From contig NW_008246070.1 in assembly GCF_000281045.1 (NCBI RefSeq), positions 87,543-151,542 on the forward strand: a stretch of DNA of 64,000 bases, read 5' to 3'. The stretch comes from Saprolegnia diclina VS20 (Eukaryota). A model generated the notes under the pieces. The model saw nothing but the letters and a program-made list of their open reading frames with translations. It searched no databases and had not been told where the DNA came from. A program made the translations under genes and the position numbers. Each line of letters starts with the position of its first letter. Position 1 is the first letter of the stretch. Of this stretch, positions 1-11,828 are shown one piece after another.

Positions 1-976
1 GTGGGGCCTTGCGCAAACCCAATGGACGCGCCGTACGTGATGACGAGGCAGTGGATGAGCTGCTCGAGAATGTGCGGCAGCGGGAGGTACGAGAGGTGTA
101 CGGCGCCGCAGTTGAAGTGCGGCACTAGCCGACCCTGCTTGAGCCGATCTTCGATGCCCATCATGCAGCTCAGCATGTTGCGACCCGTGAGCTGCACACC
201 TTTTGGGTCGCCCGTCGTGCCGCTCGTGTACCTACGCTCTTGTCCATCAGTGCCTAGTGTCGATAGTATCGTGGCGACATGAGGAAGCAGACGTCGTCGG
301 CGGCGCGAGGCGTCGGCGCCATCGGGTGCGGGCGGCCCAGCGCTTCGATCTCTTCGAGCGTCCAGAGCCTGCATCCGGGAATCTCTGTTGCTGGCGCCAC
401 GGCCACGTCGCAAAGCACAATGTGGCGGAGCGTCAGAGTCGTCGCCAGCCGCGGGAGCTCGGCCGTCGTGCAAAAGACTACCGACGCAGCCGTCTGCTGC
501 AGAATGAACGCCGTCGACGTCGCGCCAAGCGAGTCGTAGAGGCACGAGACAGTGCCGCCGCAGTAGCTGATCGCGTACTGCGCAAGGACCCACTCGGGCC
601 GGTTCTTCATGTAGATGCAGGCGATGCCCGAGGCGTCGAGGAGCTGGCCCTGCAGCAGGCCGGACGCGAGGTCGCCGATGCGCGCGTAGACCTGCTCGTA
701 CGTCGCCCAGACGTACGAGGCGTTGGGACTCCGGCGACCGAGAAAAGGATTCGTGGGGTACCGACGTACGGACGCTGCGAGTGCCTCGAGCGGCGTCCCG
801 TACGCTGGTCTCGGGAACGACCCGGTGCGGTAGATGGGGCCGTGGCCAGGACGCGCAGTCGCGTCGTCCGGCGCGCAGTAGACACGTGGTGGCGCGACTT
901 TGCCCTTTGGAAGGCAGTACTGCTGGTAGATGACACCGAGGACGACGACGCCAAACACGGCCAACGCCGGTAGCAT
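1..976 (-). CDS. Long-chain acyl-CoA synthetase (AMP-binding family), 5' part; runs off the window start
   Basis: ATG at 976 gives MLPALAVFGVVVLGVIYQQY (hydrophobic anchor), then IYMKNRPEW and LYDSLG. After a GT-AG intron (232-278) the AMP-binding motif reads FLM|YTSGTTGDPKGVQLT, followed by LSYLPLPHILEQ. Confidence 0.9.
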
Positions 977-1390
977 CCTCAAAAGCTACACAAATAAGAA
1001 CTGACTCAAGGATAGCAAGGGTCATCTTCGAGTTCAGAAGCCTCTCGAGCGCGTCATCACATCCCGTGGCCAATGGTGTGAATGCCGCGCGCCTGGTCGC
1101 GCTTCGATCTGGTACAGCCGTCTGATCCACTCGCTGTCTGCGCGACGCGTGTACGCTTCGTTCACGGGTTGTTGACGGGTTGTCATCCTGATCTGCGCGC
1201 GTGTCCGCTGGTGACCCTCCCAGATTGCTTTCCAGATTGCATTTGTGAGCAAATTGAGACAAAAATGCGTTGGGGAAAGCCTCCTACTTCGCCGCATCGT
1301 TGACGCTACAGTTGTCACGCAAGTCGAGGACAAGTTGGGCATCGAAGCAAGACATTTACAGAAATAATCTGACAGACGACGACGACTAGG

Positions 1391-3584
1391 TTAGTGCTGC
1401 TTGACGTTCTTGCCCGCGACGACGTCGCCGCTCTTCTCGTAGAGCGCGTCGATCTCCTTCATGAAGGCCTTCTTGACGTCGTTGCGCTTGAGCTTGAACG
1501 TCGGCGTCATGAGCTCGTTCTCGACCGTGAACGGCTCCGGATGCAGCAAGATGGCACGGACGGTCTCGAACCCGTTGAGGAGACCCTTTTTGCCGACCGC
1601 AATGATATCGGTCTGGACCGCTGCGATGATCTACCATACAAAAACGCTGAGCTCAACACTGAGAGACGCGAGAATGTGTACCTTGGGGTGCTTGCAGAGC
1701 TCGGGGAAGCTGCCGGTGACGCCAAACGAGTCGCCGAGACGCCGGAGCTCGGCTTCCTCGGGCACAATGATACCGACGAGCATCGAGTGGAGCGAGTCGC
1801 CATACACAAACGGCTGGGCGACGTACACGCTGCCCTTGATGATGTTCTCGATCTTCTCGGGGGCCACGTACTCGCCCTGCGAGAGCTTGAAGATGTTCTT
1901 CTTGCGGTCGACGATCTTGAGGCGGCCGTCCATGGTCCAGACGCCAATGTCGCCCGAGTGAAGCCAGCCGTCTTCGTCGAGCACCTCGGCCGTCTTCTCG
2001 GGCGCCTTGAAGTAGCCGGTAAAGACGATCGGCCCGCGGTAGCAGATCTCGCCGCGGCCGTTCACGCGCATGCGCGTCGCCTCGTCGTCGCCGTGGAACT
2101 TGTCGGTGACATTGTAGCCCATGTCGGGCACCGACACGAGCTTGATCTCGTTCGAAACAAGCGGCGCGCCGACCGTACCGGCGCTCAGGTCGTTGATATC
2201 GGTGCAGCAAGACCCGCCGGTGCACTCGCTCTGGCCGTAGCCCTCAAAGACGGGGCAGTTGAGGAGGACGCGGAAGAAGTAGAGCACGTCGTCTGAGAGC
2301 GGCGCTGAGCCCGTGAGCACGAGCCCACACCGATCAAGCCCCAATTTGGCCTTGATCTACACCCATACCATCTGAATATGAATCTGAATCTGAAAGTGTA
2401 CCTTGTCAAACACAGATTTGTCAAAGAGCGCGTGGTTGGTCTTGCCCTTCTGGAGGTTGTGGAGCTTGGCGTTGAGCGCGGTCTGGAAGACCCACGTCTT
2501 GAGCCCACCCGCGGACGACGCCATGCCCACGATCTTGTCGTACATCTTGTTGAGGAGGCGCGGTACCGTCATAAAGATGGTCGGGCGGAGGCTCTTGAGG
2601 TCATCGGGCAGCTTGAGCGTGTTGCCCTGGTAAAACCCGATGCAGCCGTGGTGGCTAATGACGACGAGGTGCGCGATCTGCTCCATCACGTGCGGCAGCG
2701 GCATGTACGAGAGGTAGATCGGCTTCTTCTCAAAGACCTCGACGGCCTTGCCTTGCTTGAGCCGCTCCTCGACGCCGAGCGCCGCAATGAGCAGGTTCTG
2801 GTGCGTCAACTGCACGCCCTTCGGCTCGCCCGTCGTGCCGCTCGTGTACATGAGGATCGCGAGGTCGTGGCCCGCGGCCGGCGACGGCTCCATCGGGTAG
2901 CGCTCGCCGAGCATCTCGACCTCCGTCATGCTCCAGAGCCGGAGCCCAACGCTGGCCGCGAGGTTAAAGTCCTCCTCGGTCGTGACGCGCACGTCGCAGA
3001 GGATCACGTGGTGCAGCGTCGAGACGGCCTCCTTGGCCGTCAAGAGGTGCTTGAGCTCGTCTCTCGTGCAAATGACCGTCGACGCGTGCGTCTGCTGGAG
3101 GATGAACGACGTCGCGGACGCGCCAAGCGAGTCGTAGAGCGGCGTGACCATGCCGCCGGCGTAATACGTGGCGTACTGTGCGAGCGTCCACTCCGGGCGG
3201 TTCTTCATGTAGATGCACAGCATGCGGTGGCCGTCCGCCGTCGGCTGCAGCATCTTTTGGTTCTCGAGGCCGGCCGCCAAGTGCTGGATGCGGGTGTACG
3301 CCTACACCACCTCAGTTCTGAGCGCTCTTCGAGCACCGCGCTTGTACCTGCTCGTAGCTGAGCCAGAGGTACGGGCCCGCGTTGCCGCGGCAGTCAATCG
3401 GGCGGTGGCCAATGAACTTGCCTTTCGGGTGCTTGCGCACGGTCTGCTGGAGGTTCTGCATGATGGTCTGGACGGGGCAGATCGGGAACGGGCCGACGCG
3501 GTACGTGGCGCCGTGGCCGGGCTTGGCCTCGGACGCATCGGGCGACGCAAAGACGACCGAGGTTGCTTTCTTGAGCTGCGCCAT
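1391..3584 (-). CDS. Long-chain acyl-CoA synthetase (tandem paralog), multi-exon
   Basis: Motifs LMYTSGTTGEPKGVQLTH, YLSYMPLPH, EGYGQSE, GWLHSGDIG, IVDRKKNIFKLSQGEYVAPEKIE and LMTPTFKLKR. Ends DALYEKSGDVVAGKNVKQH* (TAA 1391-1393). Short introns near 3302-3347, 2357-2401 and 1631-1681. Confidence 0.93.
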
Positions 3585-4294
3585 GCTGCGATAACGAAGA
3601 GGAACGTTGGGAAATGATCAACTGCATCGATGGATATCCTGGTCGACAGACAGCTGGCGGCCCACGTCACCCACGCTGTGAGTCACGCGCTGCGTCAACC
3701 CCTGGTCCGCGTCGACTCGACATGTCGAAGCGCCTGTCTGCGTCCACGCTTTGTCGCTGCGTCCGTGGCTGGCCATACGCGTCGCTTCCCTTTGAGGAGG
3801 CTACGGACGAGCAACTGACACATGCTTCGGTGGACCCAACAACCAAGTCCATTGAATCTGCAGTCGTGTACATGGCAGGAGCACGGTCTTGTGGACGATG
3901 GCGCATGGGCAAAAGACGGGATCGTAGTCGGAAGCAGCGACTCGTCATCGACGACGGTATATCAGGCGGCGCTGGATCCCGAGCGCCCGTCCCGAACGGG
4001 CGTCGGTCGTCGTCTCTTCGTAAGCGGGCCGACGCGAGGCGGCGCCGACCGTAAACACGATGCCGTGACGCACGCCGACGACTCCGCTTCTTTGGGCGAC
4101 TGTGCCCGTGCTTGAAGCGGCGCCTCAACCATTGCGAGCACGAGCCGACGACAGCCCACGAGACGCCGCTGCATCCAGGTGTCGGATTTGGGCACCGCGC
4201 TCGGAACGCGCCGGGCTACGGCTATGCTGCGGTCGTTCTGCGCACGCCGCCCATTACGCAACGAGTGGATCATAAATACCAAATTACTGGGGCG

Positions 4295-4942
4295 TTAGCG
4301 CAGGCTCGAGTCCCAATCCAACGACATGTGGCTCGCATCCGGGTCGTCCATCTGAAGCGACATGTGGCTGTCCGTGGACATGGGCTCGGGGATCGTTCGA
4401 GGATAAGGCACGACGGGGCTCGCATCGCTGAAGTGCGGCGCTGCGCTGCGTGGCGTCGTCCGTCGCGTCTCGATCGGCGAAGGAAAGAACGTGATCGTGC
4501 GCTGGGCGCTGCTCGTGGTGCCAATCGCATCGAAGCTCGCGTTGAACGTGTCGTGGGCGTCGTCGTCGGCCAAGACAAAGTGGCGTCGGTCGGGCGTCGG
4601 CGCGATCTCGTCATCCATGTCCATGTCCTCGTCGTCCTCTTCGTCGTCATCATCGAGCTCCAACGCGAGGACTTCCTCTTCGCCATTGCCTTCCACCTCG
4701 ATGGGTTCGTCTTGCGCACTGCGCAGTGGCGACGCTGGCTGGCTGCGCACCGGGTGGCCACTTGCCTCCTTGCAGGCGAGGCCCCATGGCGCCGGCGCCT
4801 TTCGCCTAACGAGCGCCTCCATATACTGCTGTAGCTTTGCTTCCGCTGCGTCCAGCGCTGCATCCACGTCCGCGTCGGAGCTCGAGCTCGGGCGGAAGCA
4901 CGTCTCGCGGACGCCGAGCGCGTACCCGGGCCAGCATGCCAT
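4295..4942 (-). CDS. Acidic hypothetical protein, possible APC15 (anaphase-promoting complex subunit 15)-like
   Basis: ORF MACWPGYALGVRETCF...ALDAAEAKLQQYMEALVRRKAPAPWG followed by a D/E-rich tract. This layout resembles ANAPC15 as recalled (short N-terminus, helix, xPxG, acidic tail). Confidence 0.45.
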   Translation of the reverse strand: MACWPGYALGVRETCFRPSSSSDADVDAALDAAEAKLQQYMEALVRRKAPAPWGLACKEASGHPVRSQPASPLRSAQDEPIEVEGNGEEEVLALELDDDDEEDDEDMDMDDEIAPTPDRRHFVLADDDAHDTFNASFDAIGTTSSAQRTITFFPSPIETRRTTPRSAAPHFSDASPVVPYPRTIPEPMSTDSHMSLQMDDPDASHMSLDWDSSLR

Positions 4943-5424
4943 CGCGACGACCTCTGGAATCGGATCTTGGTCTGCAATCCAGTCTCGCGAGACTGTAATA
5001 AAATACACAGCATTAAAATTTGCGCTATTTTATTCGCCACCATCATAAAAAGGCAGTGGGGTAAAGACACCTGCCGCTAAATGCACGCAACGTTTGCTGA
5101 TCCGACGCCACGGTTGCACGACGCCCCGAGCCGGAGCCGAGGTCAGATACATAGAGCACACGACCCAAGCGTCCTCTGTGGTTCGATACACGTGCAGGCA
5201 GAGAGCTCTGAAGACGAGACTCGGTGGCGCAGTGTATCCCGAACGCTGCGAGAGGCCGAGCGCGACCACGTGGCGGTGCAACGGAAAGTTGGGTGCGTCT
5301 AGCTGCAGCGTGCAGTATCCAGTGCAATTAAATTCCGGTGAGGAACCGATCGACGAATATTAATGCACCGGCAAACGTCATCCTTCTCCATTCCGGCAAT
5401 TGGTCGCGGGGCGAGGACGCGACG

Positions 5425-6605
5425 ATGGAGATGAACCGCGACGAGGCCGAGAAGTGCATGGAGCTCGGGAAGAAGCACCTCCGCGCAGGCAGCTTTGCGC
5501 AGGCCGCCAAGTGGTTCGACAAGTCCATCCGCCTCTTCCCGCTGCCCGGTGCGGAGGCCCTCAAGGCGCGGGCGGAGCAGTCCATGGCAGGGCAGGCCGC
5601 GCCGCAAGCCGCGCCCGCTGCGTCGACTTCGCGGGCAGCGCCATCGTCGTCTGCTGCGCGCCCGAGCGAGCAAGAAGACAGCCGACCGTTCACGGACGAG
5701 CAGGTCAAGATTGTGCGCCAGATCAAGGCGTGCAAGAACCATTACGCCGTCCTCGGCGTCGAGAAGACCGCAGATGACAACGAGATCAAGAAGGCGTACC
5801 GCAAGGTCCGGTCGGCGTCGCATGAAATCGTATGCTTATGTACGTCCTTGTAGCTCGCGCTGAAGCTGCATCCGGACAAGAACAGCGCGCCGGGCGCCGA
5901 GGACGCGTTCAAGGCGGTCGGGAAGGCTTTTACCGTCCTCAGCGACGACCAGAAGCGCGCCGACTACGACCGGTTTGGTGACAACGCGCCGAGCGAGAAC
6001 GGCGGCCAGGCGCCGCGCGCGTACCGGTACCAGCAGGACGACATCAGTCCCGAAGAGATCTTCAACATGTTTTTCGGCGGCGGGCTCCACCCGCAGCGCG
6101 CCCGGCAGCGCCAGCGCCCGAGCCAGCACAACGCGGTGCCACGGACACCAATGCAGCAGCTGCTGCAGTTCCTGCCCCTCATCCTCGTCTTCTGCCTCTC
6201 GCTGCTGTCGTTCCCGGCCGAGCGCAACGTGCCGTTCAGCCTCCAGCCGACGAACGAGCACTCGGTGCTCCGCAACACGCGCATGCGCAACGTCGTCAAC
6301 GGCATCCCGTACTACGTGGCCAAGGACTTTGATCGAAAGTACACGAACGACTGGCGCGACCTCATGCGCGTCGAGCAAATGGTAGGACGCGTGCACAGAT
6401 GGTGTACTCATGGAGACCGCAGGTGGAGCAGTGGCACGTGACGCGGCTGCGGGAAGGCTGCGAGGGCGAGCGCCTCAAGCAGAAGCGGCGCGTTACCAAG
6501 GCGCGCAGCCACTACGATGTCGAGGCGCGGGAGGAGGCCCTGCGCAAGGCCGCTGCCATGGCGACGCCCAACTGCGACGAGTTGCAGCGGCTGCAAGCCT
6601 TGTAG
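5425..6605 (+). CDS. DNAJB12: DnaJ homolog subfamily B member 12/14 (ER J-protein with TM segment and DUF1977-type C-terminus)
   Basis: Starts [12 protein letters not shown]-domain HYAVLGV...[27 protein letters not shown], then [32 protein letters not shown], and C-terminal C..E..KQ..PNCDEL. Introns ~5805-5852 and 6382-6422. Confidence 0.92.
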
Positions 6606-6827
6606 TTGAACGTTCCAATAGAGACTGTACATCGTGTGAAGAAGAGCTGTGTTGGCTCTCGACCTGGGACTGTCTTGCAACAGCGGCGTGGTCGCTAGCG
6701 GATCGCCTAGCTGGCTCTTGCACCTAGTGCCCACCGTCATTCTGCTTGTCTTCTTGGTCATCGTCGCATCTCGATGGCAACGAATTTCCATCATTTTGGC
6801 CAATCAGGTTGCATTTCGCATTTTGCA

Positions 6828-7469
6828 ATGGCAGACGTTGTCTCGGCCGAAGAGCTCACGGCGCTCGTCCAAGCGATCAAGTTCGCGCACCCTGCGTTCA
6901 GCCTCAAGCAGGTGCACGCCGAGGTGCTGACCCATGGCGGCCTCTTTGCGAACGTGCCACTCGCGCGCGTGAAGAAGTACCTCAAGAAGCTCGGGCTCAT
7001 GGGCAACCTCGAGGCCGGCAGCGACGAGCCCGTGTCACTCATGACGGTGGGCGGCGAGTCCAAGTCGACACCGGCGCCGGCGACCGCAGCCGCACCAGAG
7101 TCGGACGACTGGATGCCCATGGCGCTCGACGAACCGGTGATGTACATGGGGTCGCACCCGCACCAAGCGACGATCCGCATGAACCACAGCACGGCCGGCG
7201 CGGCCCACGGCGCCCTCGGCGAACTCTACAAGATCCAAAAAGCCATGGGCACCGGCGACCACCCGATGCTTGTCTACAACAAGGACCGATCGCGCAAGAC
7301 GTTTCTGCACGCGAAGACATCGGCATACCGTCCGATCGTCGCGGCCATCGACCGCGTCGGCGGCGGCGGCGTCGGCGTCGGTGGCACGAAGGCCTACTTC
7401 TACGGCCGCGTCCAGGGCACGACGCTCTTTATCAACACCAAGACGCTCGCGCCGGCGCAGGCGTGGTAA
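6828..7469 (+). CDS. Hypothetical protein
   Basis: Intronless ORF with typical codon usage (MADVVSAEELTALVQAIK...MLVYNKDRS...GGTKAYFYGR...APAQAW*). Confidence 0.75.
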   Translation: MADVVSAEELTALVQAIKFAHPAFSLKQVHAEVLTHGGLFANVPLARVKKYLKKLGLMGNLEAGSDEPVSLMTVGGESKSTPAPATAAAPESDDWMPMALDEPVMYMGSHPHQATIRMNHSTAGAAHGALGELYKIQKAMGTGDHPMLVYNKDRSRKTFLHAKTSAYRPIVAAIDRVGGGGVGVGGTKAYFYGRVQGTTLFINTKTLAPAQAW

Positions 7470-7523
7470 TCATCCAGCACCAACATTCTCGGAACATGCA
7501 ACAGCTCGTTGTTGGTTGCAATT

Positions 7524-8852
7524 TTACTTTTTCGGGAGACCGGTGCCAAAGAGGCCGCCGCCGTCGTCGCTGTCGTCGTCGCTGTCGGAGGCCGCAAACA
7601 GATTCGGGCGAGGCTTGGCAGGCGCCGCCGGGAGTGGCTGGCCAAAGAGCGATGTTGCGGAAGGTGCAATTGCAATGGGCTGGCCAAAGAGCGTGGCCTG
7701 CGGTGCCGCATGCAGCGAGGCCGCCGGGGCGCTCACCAGTGTGGCTTGGAGGGCCGGCGTGGCTTGGAGGGCCGGCGTGGCTTGGAGGGCCGGCGTGGCA
7801 TGGGGCGCCAGCGCGACGACGGGTGCGGCGTGCAACGTGGCGCTGTGTTGTGGGGCGCCGAAGAGCCCACCCTTGGCATCGTCGTCGTCGTCGCTCCAGT
7901 CGCTGTCGTCCGAGTTGTCCTTGGAGGCCGACCCAAAGAGCGCCGTGTTCATACGCGGCGGGCCCGCCAGCGTTGGTTTGGCGGCCAACGGCGACGACAC
8001 AATCTCGTCGCTGAAGAGACTCTTGCTCGAGCCCGGGCGGGCCGGTGGTGCGCTGAACAAGGACGGAGCAGCTTCCGCCGGGGCTTGGGGCGCATCGCGA
8101 GGCTGCGCACCAAACAGCGACGCAGCTTCTTGCGGCTCAGAGGCGACAACTGTTGAAGGTATAATCGGGACAGCAGCCGTCGGTGCCGCCTCGGCGACAA
8201 GCGGTGCCGCCGCATCCAGTGAAGTGATGGGCAGCTCTGTCTTGGCCTTCGTGGGGGCACGGCGCTTGGGCCCAGCAGCGCGGCTCATCGTTGTCTATAC
8301 AACAAGCAGTTTAAACATCTTTGCAACGTGGAGACGATGGCGTTGTACGTGGGCCACGGGGGTCGGCTGAGGCTCGTCGGCCGGCACCGCTTCTTCCTCA
8401 GAGGATGGGACCTTCATCATGCCAGGAAGACCAATGCCAGGCTTGGTAAGCCCAATCATGGGAACGCCTGCCATGCCCGGCATCGCGACGCCGACCTTCA
8501 TCGTGCTTTCATAATCATAGTCTTCGCCCGTCGAGAGGGCGCTGCTCGTATTGCTCTTCCGCGCCATGGGCATCGGGCGGAACGCGTTCATGTTGAGCGC
8601 ACCCAGGTTACCTTGCAGCTGGGCAATGCGCGACGACGTTCGGCGGGCAGGGTGCTCGTCCTCGTGGGCAGCCACCGGTGCGGCGTCCGCCGCGGGGGCA
8701 TCGACGGGCTTCTCGGGCGAGGGCATGACAAATGGCTTCGGGGGAGAAGGCCGGCTCACTGCCACTGGAGCAGGAGCAGGCGTCTCGAGCGCAGGCTCGC
8801 CAGTCCCGTCCTTGGCGCGTCGCCGGGCCAAGATGGCCGCCAGTTCCGACAT
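7524..8852 (-). CDS. Low-complexity protein with capping-protein-interaction (CPI)-like motif and LF-acidic repeats (FAM21/CapZIP-like)
   Basis: Starts MSELAAILARRRAK, with SRIAQLQGNL. An intron at 8295-8348 joins VAH|TTMSRAAGPKRRAPTK. Repeated SLFG/LFS and LF..DSDDD..GLF motifs; ends at TAA 7524. Confidence 0.7.
7741..7797. repeat. 18-bp tandem repeat (gtggcttggagggccggc x3), coding ATPALQ repeats on the minus strand
   Basis: Three exact copies visible in the sequence. Confidence 0.9.
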
Positions 8853-10088
8853 TTGAGGGGCGTGGAAATGGCAAGATTTGGTCAAAACCTGCACCGGGCT
8901 TGCTGTTTTATATTTCATGCATTTACATACAAATACCAAGCTATATTTAAAGTCATTAGAGCACCCAATCTTGTTACTAGGTGCGTTTTCCCCGAGAGTA
9001 CTGCGTGACGTGGCACCGCCCCCTGCGCCCGCCACGCAGCAGACCGCATCCGTGTCTCCACCGCCGTATTTACCGTAGTCGATACCGTCAACCGAAACGC
9101 TAGCCGCAAGACAAGCTAGCTCAACGGCTCTCTAGACCAAAGCCAGCTTTTAGGCCCGCTTGGCTCTTTCACCAGGTTCGTCCCGATCATCAACGGTCCA
9201 TGATCCCAGCCATCCACCTCTGAGCGCCGTGGTCGACCGCTACAAAGCGTTCTTTCGCAACCAAGTGCGGTTTCTTTTTGGGTCACTTGCAAACGTCCTC
9301 GACGGCTAAGTACTGAGAGCGGCTGGCGACACGAAGAACAGCCTCGCGACTTCACCGCTTGCACTGCTGTCGAGATCATTGCTGCACGTTTACCCCATAA
9401 AAGGGAAAGTTGAATCCATGCAGTCGTCTATCCTTGGCTCAAGACTCCCGTCCTGTGGTGTTTCGACCAGCACAAGATGATTTCCATGCGTTTACGCACG
9501 TCTCCAGCGTCCACACCGTCCCCAATGGCCAGTCCACAGGACTCGAACATGCGTGTCTCGGGGGACCTCAACGTGACACGTTGGAATGACGATCGTGACG
9601 CGCCGCACTCGTGGTAGCCACCAATGTAGCTCGGACCACCAAGAAGCGCGATTCGATCGAAGATTCAACCGTAGAGTTGGACGAGTGCGGTGGTGTCACC
9701 GGAGGATCCGACCAGCTGCACTGCCATTGGACGGACCAGGACTCATCGTGGTGGAGATAGGCAGTGTGTTCTCAGCGACCCGATCGTCGACGCGCCGTAT
9801 CGACGAGGAGGGCAACTTCCAGTCTCGGAACACGGAACAAGCAACGGAGCGTCTTGCGGCCAAGCAAGTGGCGGCAGCGAAGGCCCCTCCGGCTGCCACG
9901 TTATCGATTCGCCATTGGTGAAAATGAAACGCACCAATCAGCAACACTGTCGACACCAAAACTGAACGATGGAGCCAATCAGAAGGGTCGCGACGTGAGC
10001 CAGAGCCAGCACCCACAGCTTTTCCCAGTCGTCTGATGCTTCCTGGACGCGAAGTCGGGTTTAGCTCAATCTACGATTCCACTCAAAG

Positions 10089-11828
10089 ATGCTAGGCTTC
10101 GACTCGATCATCGTCACGGTGCACAGCGTGGCCTTGACAAGCCGCGCGCCCGTGCACAAGAGCTACGTGCGCGTCACCTGCGGCGGCAAGTCCCCGCGTA
10201 CGACACACGAGTCAGCTCCAGAGTGGAACCAAGCGTTCCAGTTCATCGCTCCAAGCGGGTGCCTTGAGCTTACCGTCAAGACGAAGGTGTCTTCGCGCTT
10301 CAAGCTCCAGCCGTACACGACGCACGCAGTGGCTGCCCTTCCGATGACGGTGCTCGGTAAAGGTACCATTTCATCCTTCTTCCACGACAAAGCTCATGCT
10401 AGCCGTAGAGATGGACCGCGTTGCAGTGCCCCTTGAGAACGGGCGCGGGACGATCACCATCTCGACCGAGTGGTGCTACGTCATGGAGCGCTGCCGGCAC
10501 CACCGGCTCCACCTCTGTTGGTCCAAGTGCTTTGGCTGCCGACGCTCGGTCTGCTATCGCTGCTCCGTGAAAGAGGCAAAAGGGCGGCAGTGCTTCAACT
10601 GCACGAGCGAGCGCACGCGCATTGCGGCCGAGCACTCGGTGCCGCCACGTCGATCGCTGGCCAAGCACCCCAACGAGCCAAAGCCAACCAAGGACAGCGA
10701 GTTGCGATGTGCGGACGCGCCAAAGCCGGTGACGCGCAGTGCGACGCAGCCGACAGTGTCCGCGACCGTCTCCGAGGCCAACGCCGCGCGTAGCCATCTC
10801 AAGACGTCGTCGTCACCTCGCCGCGGCTCGCGGGTCGTTGGACTGAGCGACTTTCGACTACTGGGTCGGCTCGGAAAAGGCGGCCACGGGGACGTATTGC
10901 TGGTCGAGAAGATATCGGGTGAGGACGCCGGCACGCGGTATGCGATGAAGGTCCAGACCAAGCACATGAAGATGCTCAAGTACCTCGCGCTGGAGCGGGA
11001 TCTCTTTGCGACGCTCGCGCACCCGCACACCGTCCCCCTTGTGTATGCGTTCCAGTCGACGACCAAGACGTTCCTGGTTCTGCCTGTCTACGCCGGCGGC
11101 GACCTGCACAGTGCGCTGCACTACGGCGTCTTTGACGAGGACGAAGCGCGGTTCTACCTCGCGCAGCTCTACCTCGCGGTCGAGCACATGCACGAGAGAG
11201 GCTTCCTCCACCTCGACCTCAAGCCCGGGAACGTCCTCCTCGACAACGACGGACACATTGCGCTCACCGACTTTGGCATGGCCGCGGTGTACAACGGCAC
11301 GCCGCTTCAAGGCACGTGTGGGACGCTGGTCTACATGGCGCCAGAGATTGCCGGTGGCCGCCCGTTCGGTCCTGCCGCCGACTGGTGGTCGTTCGGCACG
11401 GTGGCCTACGCACTCTTGACGGGCCAGCGCCTCTTCCGCGAGCGCAACCCCAAGGTCATCGTCGAGCGCGTGCTGCATGGCGCCATCGAGATCCCAACCG
11501 ACCTCTCAGCGACGGCCACGTCCTTCTTGCGCCAGTACGTGCAACATGAAGAATGTAGGGTGTCTGACGCGCTGCGCGTAGGCTGCTCGACCGCGACGTC
11601 ACGACGCGCCTGCAAGGGCGGATGGTGCGAGCTCACCCGTTCTTTGACGCGATTGATTGGGACAAGCTCGTGGCGAAGGAGCTTCCGGCGCCGCTCATGA
11701 TCTCGACCTTGCCGATGCACGCCGCCACGGATCCCCTCGAGCTCGCCTCACTCGAGCGCTGCGTTGGCGAAGACAGCAGCGGTCTGCCCGTGCATGTCCG
11801 AGGCTTTGCGTACGGCGACACGTTGTAG
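10089..11828 (+). CDS. AGC-group Ser/Thr kinase (S6K/Akt-like) with N-terminal C2 domain and FYVE-like Cys-rich segment
   Basis: C2-like YVRVTCG...PEWNQAFQF; Cys cluster CRHH...CFGCRRSVCYRC...CFNC; kinase motifs GKGGHG, YAMK, LHLDLKPGNVLL, TDFG, CGTLVYMAPE, DWWSFG; C-tail HPFFDAIDWDKL. Confidence 0.88.

Noticed and set aside
3620..4290. Possible small spliced gene between the LACS gene and the acidic ORF
   Set aside because: Several short ORFs on both strands, but no recognisable motif and no single convincing splice model.
9000..10080. Short ORFs (e.g. 9586-9921) in a ~1 kb intergenic stretch
   Set aside because: Atypical codon usage and no motifs; no tRNA, snRNA or TE termini could be recognised.
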